NCBI GenBank assembly: GCA_015064505.1
Contig: SVSB01000006.1
Location: forward strand, 1,233 to 65,232
Origin: Oscillospiraceae bacterium
GTDB taxonomy: Bacteria > Bacillota > Clostridia > Oscillospirales > CAG-272
Length of the DNA: 64,000 nucleotides
Direction: 5' to 3'
The notes under the pieces were generated by a model that saw only the letters and a program-made list of their open reading frames with translations, had not been told where the DNA came from and made no database searches. Both the position numbers and the translations under genes were made by a program. Below, in pieces: positions 43,221-50,842 of this stretch (position 1 is the stretch's first letter; each line of letters begins with the position of its first letter).

Positions 43221-44549
43221 TCATTTTGCATATCGCAAGATAGTCACAAGATCTGCATTGTCAACCTTGCCGTCACCGTTAACGTCAACGGAAACGGTCT
43301 TTTTATCCCACAGAGCCCCCGTTTTTGCAAGATGCGAGCAAAGCAGCTCCGCATCCTTTGCATCAACTATGCCGTTTCTGTCTATATCACAGAGCACCTC
43401 TCTTTCATCTCCCGACATACCCGAATATACGGGGATAAGGAACGTAAAAGCTCCGTACTTTATCCCTGCCGCAGAATAAGCCGCAGAAACGGAGCCGCTT
43501 TCCGTATACGCACCCATAACGTTTTGCATATACTGACCCCAGAAGTTACGGCGGGAGCGGGGATCAACGTTGAATTTTTGCAGATATAAGGTATTCTGAT
43601 AATCGTCTATATACTTATTTTTCAGGCAAAGAGCGCCTCCGTATATACCCTTCCAATCCGTGTTCCAGGATGCGCCGCCCCATTCGCCCGCTTTTTCCGC
43701 CGTTCCCTGCCTTGCAGTATTCATTCCCCCAAGGTAAATATTAAAAAGCCCCGTACCGCTTGCGCCGATATTAAAAAAGTTGTATAGTCCGTCGTAGCTC
43801 TTAAGCTCCGATTCGGTGTATCCCGACGAGGGAGCGGCAACAAGCCCGCGCTCGTCTCTCTGTACTCCGTTTTTATAGTACTGTGCAAGCACGGTACCGC
43901 AGCTGCCACCCGATAAGGGCGAGCCGCCAACCCCCTGCTCAAGCCTTATTCTTGCCGCAAGAAAGGGCGCGGATATACCAAGCTCCGCTCCTATTTCCGC
44001 AAGATAACGGGCAACGGTCTTGCCGTTTGAAAGCGTAAGCTTTTCCATAAAAGTTCCCTTGAGTATGGAAGCGCATATCTGCTCCGCCTCCGTGATTTGC
44101 ATAGCCGCGGAAATATCCTCGAACATAAATATACGCTCGCCATCAAGAAAATTGCGCGGGTCAAGAAAATAACGCACCGCTTCGTCGCTTGCGCTGTACC
44201 AGCCGCCGTCGTATATAGCGCCAAGAGAATTATCCCTGTACTTGCTGTATGCGGCAGAAGGAGAAACGAGATTCGTTTCGGGATCTTCCGTTTCCTTTGT
44301 TAAAACGTATGTAAAGGTATAGCCTGAAGACATCGCCGAAATATTAAGAGGAACGAAGCGCCAGGCGGGATAATCATTACGAAGCGCGGAGAGCTTATGG
44401 GCATAGGATGGCGGAAAACCTGCCTCCAAAAGCTCGCCAAAGCTGTCTGCGGCCGTAACCGCACGTGCCGATGTAAAGAAAATGCCAAATGAAAGCACCG
44501 CCGCAAAGGCTGACCTTACGGCAGTGCGAAGAAGTGATCCTGCGTTCAT
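43221..44549 (-). CDS. secreted GH73-like N-acetylglucosaminidase (peptidoglycan hydrolase) with a C-terminal type-I dockerin
   Basis: It has a signal peptide. The GH73-like core has FLAARIRLEQG, YNFFNIGA and LYLQKFN. The C-terminal duplicated calcium-binding segments are DIDRNGIVDAKDAELL and DVNGDGKVDNADLVTILRYA. Confidence 0.7.
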   Translation of the reverse strand: MNAGSLLRTAVRSAFAAVLSFGIFFTSARAVTAADSFGELLEAGFPPSYAHKLSALRNDYPAWRFVPLNISAMSSGYTFTYVLTKETEDPETNLVSPSAAYSKYRDNSLGAIYDGGWYSASDEAVRYFLDPRNFLDGERIFMFEDISAAMQITEAEQICASILKGTFMEKLTLSNGKTVARYLAEIGAELGISAPFLAARIRLEQGVGGSPLSGGSCGTVLAQYYKNGVQRDERGLVAAPSSGYTESELKSYDGLYNFFNIGASGTGLFNIYLGGMNTARQGTAEKAGEWGGASWNTDWKGIYGGALCLKNKYIDDYQNTLYLQKFNVDPRSRRNFWGQYMQNVMGAYTESGSVSAAYSAAGIKYGAFTFLIPVYSGMSGDEREVLCDIDRNGIVDAKDAELLCSHLAKTGALWDKKTVSVDVNGDGKVDNADLVTILRYAK

Positions 44550-44645
44550 AAATACCGTCCTTTCTGTGGCATCATTCTACCACGGCAAGGGGTGGTTTTC
44601 AACGCACAAAATTTGGTAACGGAAAGGGCAACGGGTAATTAGCTA

Positions 44646-44674
44646 TTGACAAAAATAGCTTTCAATGATAAAAT
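44646..44674 (+). promoter_or_regulatory. rnpB promoter
   Basis: TTGACA (44646-44651), a 17-nt spacer, then TAAAAT (44669-44674), with an extended -10 TG at 44666-44667. Confidence 0.65.
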
Positions 44675-44679
44675 TTAAT

Positions 44680-45058
44680 GACCGAATGGCGCGATCGCGT
44701 GGCATGTTGCCGAAAGGTATTGCCATGAGGAAAGTCCGGGCTTCACAGGGCGGGATAACGGATAACGTCCGCCGGAGGCGACTCCCGGGAAAGTGCAACA
44801 GAGATATACCGCCTGCCTTTGGCAGGTAAGGGTGGAAAGGCGAGGTAAGAGCTCACCGATCCCTATGGTAACACAGGGATCCTGTAAACCCTATCCGAAG
44901 CAACACCGTATGCGGAATCGGCTTTGCCGAGTGGCGGCCCGTCACGTTTCCGCGGGTGGCAGAAGCTTTTAGCTTTGAGGGCTGCGGTAACGCAGCTCAC
45001 AGACAGATGATCGCGGTTTCGCTTTGCGATCCACAGAACCCGGCTTACAAGTTCGGTC
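44680..45058 (+). ncRNA. rnpB: RNase P RNA, bacterial type A
   Basis: It has the universal motifs GAGGAAAGTCCGGGC and ACAGAACCCGGCTTA. The internal run AGGTAAGGGTGGAAAGGCGAGGTAAGAGCTCACCG parallels E. coli M1 RNA. P1 pairs GACCGAA (44680-44686) with TTCGGTC (45052-45058). Confidence 0.92.
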
Positions 45059-45094
45059 AAAAAAACAGCGGCTCGCGCCGCTGTTTTTTTATTT
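45059..45094. terminator. bidirectional intrinsic terminator (rnpB and the convergent SGNH gene)
   Basis: A-run, then ACAGCGGC-TCGC-GCCGCTGT (45065-45084), then a T-run. Confidence 0.85.
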
Positions 45095-45098
45095 TGTA

Positions 45099-47171
45099 TT
45101 ACTTTACCGTCTTGTTTGTAAAATCGCCCTGAAGCTTATCTGCGTAAGCGCTTGCGACGGTTACGTTGATGCTGCCGCTTACTGCGTTAGTATTATCTAC
45201 TGCCGCAATGATCTTGCCGCTTATCTCGCCGCCGTTGACGGTTACGTTTACGGTACCGGTCATCTCAGCTTTATCTGTAGTCGTGGTAGTTCCCGCTCTG
45301 CCGACGCAAAGCACGTTACCGTTTATGGTGCCGCCGTTGATAATAAGATTACACTCGCCGTGATTGGAGTTCATTCCCACGGCAGAAGTATGTAATGTAG
45401 AGCCGGCGTTAAGGAAAGTACCGCCGTTTATGGTCACGGTCAGCTTGCCGTTCTTAGTAATACCGCCAAAGGGTTGAGCAGGCAGGCTTCTGCGATTGCC
45501 GCAACGGATATATACCCAGGTACCGCCGTTTACTTCAATATTGCATTCTCCGTCCAAAGAAATAGCTTCGAGGGGAGTGCCGCCCACAGCAACGTTCATT
45601 CCCACAAGCAGGAGAGGATAAGTCTTGAATCCGCTTCCAAGGGTAATATTAACGCCCTTTCCGATGGTAACGTCATTATAATTGCAGATGAGCATCAGGC
45701 TGTTGGCCTCAACTACCATCTCCACGTCGTCGATAACGAAATCTCCGTGCAGGGAGAAGGAATGTGCCATATGGATGATCGCGCCGTTAGTTTTGCGGTA
45801 ATCAACTCCGTTGTAAACGGAAGTAAGAGTAATAGTCTTGAAATTCTCGGGCATGAACTCGTTATAGGTGGTCTTATATTCACCGCAGATAACGATAGTG
45901 CCTCCGCTCTCACGCAGAAGTCCCACTGCCTTTGAAATGGTGTTTACGGCGCTTTCGGGAGTTTCGCCCTTGCCTTTTTCGTTGCCGCCCGTCTTTACGT
46001 ACACCACTCCGCTATCGGACTTTTCGGGAACCGCAACGTCAGCCTCTGTACCGCGAAGTCCCGCTTCAACTATCTTTGCCATCTCCGAGTAGCCCTCGGC
46101 GCGAGGATGGAGTCTGTCACCCGTGTAATGCATATAAACGTTTATATAGGGCTTGGATATCTTCCACATATCGATAAAGCCGCAGCCTGCCTCATCGGCG
46201 GCTTCCTTAACGAGCTGTGCCATAAAACCGTTTGAAAGCTGCACCGCCGTGCTGGATGTGGGAACGAATATATTGCTCATAAGGTATATTTTTTTAACGG
46301 TGGGAAGCGCCTCATAATCCTTAACGAGGGCAACGAGAGCCTTCTTAAATTCCACCGTGGCATCAACGCAGGACATACTGCTCATATCGTTGGTGCCAAG
46401 CATAATGACTACAACGTTCGGCTCAAACGCAATACTATCCTTATAGTGCTGAGTGTTTTTGTAGGAAAGCTCCGGTCTATCCTTTTTTGCATTATACTTG
46501 TGATCTGCGGCAAGCGCATAAGACCCGCCCTTTCCAAAATTGCCGACAAGATACTTATCGCCAAGAAGTCTCTGCAGATATGCGGGATAGCTGTCACGCG
46601 CAAAATCCTGAACACCTGTACCCTGAGTAATACTGTCGCCTATACAAGCGATTTTAAGCACTTCCCCGTTTTCTATGAGCTTTTCAAGCTCGTCAAGCTC
46701 GATCACCGGAGGAACGACAGGTTCCGTTACGGGCTCTGTAACCGGCTCTGTAACCGGCTCTGTAACCGGCTCGGTTACCGGCGGTTCCGTTACGGGAGGC
46801 TCGGTTACGGGAGGCTCAGTTACGGGAGGCTCAGTTACGGGAGGCTCAGTTACGGGAGGCTCGGTTACGGGGGGTTCGGTTACGGGAGGCTCCGTTACGG
46901 GAGGCTCGGTTACGGGAGGCTCGGTTACGGGAGGCTCTGTTACGGGGGGTTCGGTTACGGGAGGCTCCGTTACAGGAGGCTCCGTTACGGGAGGCTCTGT
47001 TACGGGGGGTTCGGTTACGGGAGGCTCTGTTGCAGGGGGTTCCGTTGTGGGAGTAGCGGTTACCGGATCGGTATCTGGTGCAGTGGTTACTTCCCCGCCG
47101 CCCGTGCCGCAAGCACATAAAGCACCGAAGCAAAGCACAGAAGCCAGAAGAATGCAGAATAATCTTCTCAT
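45099..47171 (-). CDS. secreted or lipid-anchored SGNH/GDSL hydrolase with a (TEPPV)n linker and a C-terminal ~300-aa module of unknown function
   Basis: The signal/lipobox-like N-terminus is MRRLFCILLASVLCFGALCACG. The Pro/Thr repeat covers about aa 40-160. SGNH blocks are IACIGDSITQGTG, GKGG, VVIMLGTNDM and DRLHP. The C-terminal module (nt 45102-46010) has TSVYNGVDYR and repeated NGGT turns. Confidence 0.8.
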   Translation of the reverse strand: MRRLFCILLASVLCFGALCACGTGGGEVTTAPDTDPVTATPTTEPPATEPPVTEPPVTEPPVTEPPVTEPPVTEPPVTEPPVTEPPVTEPPVTEPPVTEPPVTEPPVTEPPVTEPPVTEPPVTEPPVTEPPVTEPVTEPVTEPVTEPVTEPVVPPVIELDELEKLIENGEVLKIACIGDSITQGTGVQDFARDSYPAYLQRLLGDKYLVGNFGKGGSYALAADHKYNAKKDRPELSYKNTQHYKDSIAFEPNVVVIMLGTNDMSSMSCVDATVEFKKALVALVKDYEALPTVKKIYLMSNIFVPTSSTAVQLSNGFMAQLVKEAADEAGCGFIDMWKISKPYINVYMHYTGDRLHPRAEGYSEMAKIVEAGLRGTEADVAVPEKSDSGVVYVKTGGNEKGKGETPESAVNTISKAVGLLRESGGTIVICGEYKTTYNEFMPENFKTITLTSVYNGVDYRKTNGAIIHMAHSFSLHGDFVIDDVEMVVEANSLMLICNYNDVTIGKGVNITLGSGFKTYPLLLVGMNVAVGGTPLEAISLDGECNIEVNGGTWVYIRCGNRRSLPAQPFGGITKNGKLTVTINGGTFLNAGSTLHTSAVGMNSNHGECNLIINGGTINGNVLCVGRAGTTTTTDKAEMTGTVNVTVNGGEISGKIIAAVDNTNAVSGSINVTVASAYADKLQGDFTNKTVK
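46730..47045 (-). repeat. in-frame tandem repeat: about 4 x 12 bp (TEPV) then roughly 17-18 x 15 bp (TEPPV)
   Basis: The plus strand reads GGCTCTGTAACC x4, then GGTTACGGGAGGCTC-like units with synonymous wobble variation. The copy number is from a by-eye count. Confidence 0.9.
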
Positions 47172-47187
47172 ATTTTATTCCTTTCGT

Positions 47188-47218
47188 AAAAAAGGGAGGA
47201 CGGCACGCGCCGTCCTCC
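47188..47218 (-). terminator. intrinsic terminator after the small ORF
   Basis: Minus strand has GGAGGACGGC-GCGT-GCCGTCCTCC followed by CUUUUUU. Confidence 0.8.
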
Positions 47219-47233
47219 TTAAATAAACGGCAA

Positions 47234-47377
47234 TCAGCTTAAAAGCCAATCAAGTGTCTTGCTCTCTATGTTGAAAGCGCTTAATCCGTTATCGGTAAGG
47301 ATCTCGGAGGGTTGAAGCTTTACGATCTCTACCTCGGGGCGGAGGTACTTCTGCTTTTGCATATTCGTGTTTTTCAT
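47234..47377 (-). CDS. unannotated 47-codon ORF, function unknown
   Basis: Manual translation gives MKNTNMQKQKYLRPEVEIVKLQPSEILTDNGLSAFNIESKTLDWLLS. GGAGG (47385-47389) lies 7 nt upstream of ATG 47377. The ORF starts 13 nt after the GLUG gene stop and is followed by a terminator. It is below the ORF-track length cut-off. Confidence 0.5.
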   Translation of the reverse strand: MKNTNMQKQKYLRPEVEIVKLQPSEILTDNGLSAFNIESKTLDWLLS

Positions 47378-47389
47378 TATATAACCTCC

Positions 47390-49984
47390 TTACTCTGCAG
47401 CCGCCGCAACAGCGGAGCAGCCGTAATTATAGAGAGCGCGAGCAAGCTTTGCAGCACTGCTCAGCTCCTCACCGTCCATATCGTTCTGCATCTCGTAGAT
47501 AAAGGATGCAACGCTGTAGGTAACGGTCTGAACAACGGTATCGCCCGCCTTGAGAACGGCAACCACGTTATCGTTATAGTCCGTGGCGGAAATATCGTCG
47601 CTGTATACGATGTAAGAGCTGCCGTAGGGGGTGATCTCCGCCTCGTTGCCGTTCACCAAAACGGTAATACCGTCAGCGGAAGGAGCGGTGAAGGTGAAGA
47701 ACACTCTGTTCGTATAATCAAAGCGCACGCCAACGCTGTTGAACTTAACGCCGTCAACTGCCGTACCTGCAACGGAGCTTGCCGCGTATACGGAATTATC
47801 AAGCTCTTCAAAATCGGATATACCGCTGATATCCACGTTTGCAAGGCTGTCAAGATTAAAGCTTCTGTATTCCTGTGCGGCGGCACCGTATGCAAGAATA
47901 TCCTTTGCAAGCTGCTTTACCGCCTCGGATGTAGACTCAGCATCTATAAGATTCTCGCAGTATCCGCGCACGGACTGTCTTGCGGAATCGACGAGAACGT
48001 CATCAACGTAAAGGTCAACCGTTATAAGCTCGGTCATTGACTGGGGAGCGATCGCCTTGAGGGTGTATTTATACATAAGACCGTTCTCAACTGCCTCTGC
48101 CTCGTAGGTCTCGTCTGCATAGGTAAATACCACCTTGGTGCTTGCAGGGTCAACGCCTTCTGCAAGAGTTGCAATGGCATTGAAGGAAAGGTCCGTGCCA
48201 ACGGAAAGGCTGATACCGTAGATTCCCGTCTCAACCTTTGCCTCTGCGGTGTTTTTCAGCGCAGTAAGCTCGGGGTAAGTGGTTCCCTGCTCCCACGCAC
48301 CGGAAGAAGGCTCGCCGTTCAGCATGGGAGTAACTACTCCTGCGGCGATAAAGCCGGATGTCATAGAATTATATCCGGCTGCATCGGTGGTAACGGATCC
48401 GGCAGTGGCGTGACCCACGGCGTTCTGAACCGTGCTTCCCTGCTTTGCCGATCCTGCAAGGTAATAGCAATCGGATGCGGTGAGGGGGAAGCTTGCGTGA
48501 GGGTATCCTATTATACTACCGATAAGCTTAGTGGGTCCGTAAATGGTTCCTGCATTAAAGGAATTGCCAAGAGTTATTTTCCACTTTGTACTTGCAGTGG
48601 CTCTCTGTGCAAATCCGATGATTCCGCCAACGGCACGGTCTGCCGTAACGTTGCCGTAATTTGCGCAATTGCTGACGGTGTGTACGCCGTCCTGAAGAGT
48701 TCCCACCACGCCGCCAACGTAATAGCCCGTACCGCTGACAGCGCCGTAGTTTGCGGAATTCGATACCTCAAGGGTAAGTCCTGCCGCACCGCTTACAAGG
48801 CTTGCATAACCGAGAATACCGCCTGCAAAGCTGTTGCTTGACGTTTTTGTAGCGACTACGTTTCCGCTGTTTTTGCAAGCCGTTATGGTAACGTCGCCGC
48901 CTTCTATCCATCCTACGATTCCGCTGTCATATCCGCCTGCGGTGGTAGACATAGTACCGGTGTTGGTGCAGCCTACAACGTTAAGCTCGTAACTTGCGGA
49001 GTCGCTAATAGAAGCAACGCCAACGATTCCGCCAAGTCCCGCCCTTGCATTCAGATCAACGGTATTGGAGCAGGAAACGATATTTATAGCACCGTTGTTT
49101 TCAACGACCTTGATGCTTGCGTTACCGCTGGAGATCCAACCGACGATGCCACCGACTCTTCCCTTATCCGCACCGTCTGCGGAAGCGGAAAGAACCTTTG
49201 CGGAGTTGGTGCAATCAACCACGTTGATTACGAAATCATCGGAATTGAAGTAAGATATCTGTCCGATAAGTCCGCCGCTCTGAGCGTAATAGTTGCCGGT
49301 AGCGGAAACGTAATTCACTGTACCGGAAGCGGAGCATCCGATAACGTTCACAGTTCCGTCGGTTACGGGGTTAGTCGTATTAGTTTCTCTGCCTGCGGTC
49401 AGAATACCGATAAGTCCGCCAACGCCAAAGGTGCCCTTCGCGGTTCCGTCGGAATGGCAGTTAACGATATTTACGGTTCCCGTTGAATAGGGGAACACGT
49501 AGCCTGCGAGACCGCCGACTGCCTGCGCGCCGGAGGTTACGGAAACGGAGGCGGTGACGTTTTCGATGAGAGTGTTGCCGCTGACAACGCCCACAACGCC
49601 GCCGTTACCTCTGCTGGAGGTGGTGGAGGCGGTAACGGTGCCGCTTACGGAGAAGTTCTTGATCTCGGCGTTATGTACCCAGCCGAAAAGTCCCTGGTGC
49701 TTCTCACCGGAGAGGTTAAGTCCCGTAATGCTGTGACCCATACCGTCAAAATACCCGGTAAAGTGCTCTTCTGCACTACCTATGGGGCTTTGGGTCTTGC
49801 CCGTAAGGTCAATATCAGCTGTGAGATAATAAGCACCGCTCCACATTTCGGGGGTGCTCATCAGCTCAACGAGCTGATCGGCGCTTGATATGGGCTTTAC
49901 TGCTGTTGCAGAAGCGGTCACGGGAATCACCGCAAGAGCAGTTACCAATGCAAGCACCATTGCAAGTAGTTTCTTGGCTTTCAT
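47390..49984 (-). CDS. secreted GLUG-motif repeat protein (paralogue 1)
   Basis: Start set at ATG 49984 (MKAKKLLAMVLALVTALAVIPVTASA) behind AAGGAGAA. More than 9 GLUG-like turns are present (GGLAGY, GGLIGIL, GGLIGQI, GGIVGWI, GGIVGVA, GGILGYA, GGVVGTL, GGIIGFA). There is no C-terminal anchor. Confidence 0.75.
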   Translation of the reverse strand: MKAKKLLAMVLALVTALAVIPVTASATAVKPISSADQLVELMSTPEMWSGAYYLTADIDLTGKTQSPIGSAEEHFTGYFDGMGHSITGLNLSGEKHQGLFGWVHNAEIKNFSVSGTVTASTTSSRGNGGVVGVVSGNTLIENVTASVSVTSGAQAVGGLAGYVFPYSTGTVNIVNCHSDGTAKGTFGVGGLIGILTAGRETNTTNPVTDGTVNVIGCSASGTVNYVSATGNYYAQSGGLIGQISYFNSDDFVINVVDCTNSAKVLSASADGADKGRVGGIVGWISSGNASIKVVENNGAINIVSCSNTVDLNARAGLGGIVGVASISDSASYELNVVGCTNTGTMSTTAGGYDSGIVGWIEGGDVTITACKNSGNVVATKTSSNSFAGGILGYASLVSGAAGLTLEVSNSANYGAVSGTGYYVGGVVGTLQDGVHTVSNCANYGNVTADRAVGGIIGFAQRATASTKWKITLGNSFNAGTIYGPTKLIGSIIGYPHASFPLTASDCYYLAGSAKQGSTVQNAVGHATAGSVTTDAAGYNSMTSGFIAAGVVTPMLNGEPSSGAWEQGTTYPELTALKNTAEAKVETGIYGISLSVGTDLSFNAIATLAEGVDPASTKVVFTYADETYEAEAVENGLMYKYTLKAIAPQSMTELITVDLYVDDVLVDSARQSVRGYCENLIDAESTSEAVKQLAKDILAYGAAAQEYRSFNLDSLANVDISGISDFEELDNSVYAASSVAGTAVDGVKFNSVGVRFDYTNRVFFTFTAPSADGITVLVNGNEAEITPYGSSYIVYSDDISATDYNDNVVAVLKAGDTVVQTVTYSVASFIYEMQNDMDGEELSSAAKLARALYNYGCSAVAAAAE

Positions 49985-50063
49985 GGTTTTCTCCTTTATT
50001 TTTTTATTTTTTCCATTTTTGGTTTCAAGATTTATGAAACGCACGATGCGTCCGGTAACGGCG

Positions 50064-50099
50064 AAAAGCTGAAAGGGGTTTTACCCGTTTTCAGCTTTT
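50064..50099. terminator. terminator ending the GRE-to-SDR operon
   Basis: AAAAGCTGAAA-GGGGTTTTACCCG-TTTCAGCTTTT extended hairpin, 5 nt after the SDR stop. Confidence 0.8.
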
Positions 50100-50104
50100 G
50101 CCTT

Positions 50105-50842
50105 TCAGCAGTTAAGTCCGCCGTTTATATAAATAGGTTGTCCCGCAATGCGGTTGCTCTTATCGGAAGCAAGAAACACTGCAAGCTCCGCTATCTCCTC
50201 GGGATACGCCATTCTGCCGAAGGCGCTGGGGAAATCCGCAGGCTTTCCTTCGGTCCAGTTCATCATCTCCGTGGTAACGGGACCGGGAGCTATATTCTGC
50301 ACCACTATGCCGCGCTTAAAGAACGCCTTTGCGTATCCCTGGCACATTCCCATAACGCTCCATTTGGAGATACCGTAGGGATGCACGCAGGGCTGATGAC
50401 CCGTTTCCGAGCTTATGACGATTATCTTGCCCTTAACTTCCCTGTCCGCGTTCTTTTCCTCAAAGAATTTGCAGGCGGTCTGCATACAGAAGAAAGCGCC
50501 CTTTACGTTGATGTTAAAAATGGTATCCCATTCCTCTTCGTCAACGTCGTAAAGTCTTTTTCTTCCGATAACGCCCGCGTTGTTTATCACAACGTCGATG
50601 CCGCCCATAAGAGAGCTTGCCTCAGCAAACACCGCAGGGCCTTTTTTTACGTCCGAAACGTCCCAGACGATACAGTGGGCAACACCGCCGCTTTTCACGA
50701 TGGAGTCTTTCACGGGTTCAAGGGTCTCTGCCCTTCTGCCCGTTATTACTATTTGCGCGCCCTCGTAAGCACACTTACGGGCAATAGCCTCTCCGATTCC
50801 ACGGCTTGCTCCCACGATCAGGATCTTTTTACCTTTAAGCAT
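50105..50842 (-). CDS. SDR family oxidoreductase
   Basis: 245 aa. The cofactor motif is GASRGIGEAIA, with NNAG also present. The catalytic Tyr-x3-Lys region is PYGISK. The start overlaps the GLUG-2 gene end by 8 nt. Confidence 0.85.
   Translation of the reverse strand: MLKGKKILIVGASRGIGEAIARKCAYEGAQIVITGRRAETLEPVKDSIVKSGGVAHCIVWDVSDVKKGPAVFAEASSLMGGIDVVINNAGVIGRKRLYDVDEEEWDTIFNINVKGAFFCMQTACKFFEEKNADREVKGKIIVISSETGHQPCVHPYGISKWSVMGMCQGYAKAFFKRGIVVQNIAPGPVTTEMMNWTEGKPADFPSAFGRMAYPEEIAELAVFLASDKSNRIAGQPIYINGGLNC

Noticed and set aside
44863-45395. ORFs 44863-45060 (minus) and 45024-45395 (plus)
   Set aside because: The first lies inside the RNase P RNA gene. The second starts in rnpB, crosses the terminator and runs antisense to the SGNH gene.
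46730-47045. Possible CRISPR array, because of many short identical repeats
   Set aside because: The units are contiguous with no spacers, only 12-15 bp long, in frame inside a coding region, and no cas genes are present.
46446-47226. Plus-strand ORFs encoding (GGSVT)n and (GYGRL)n repeats, and the minus-strand ORF 46846-47133
   Set aside because: They are alternative frames of the 15-bp TEPPV tandem repeat. Only the TEPPV frame connects a signal peptide to an SGNH domain.
47312-48040. 242-aa plus-strand ORF
   Set aside because: It is antisense to the 3-prime end of the GLUG-1 gene and to the 47-codon ORF, and it has no RBS.
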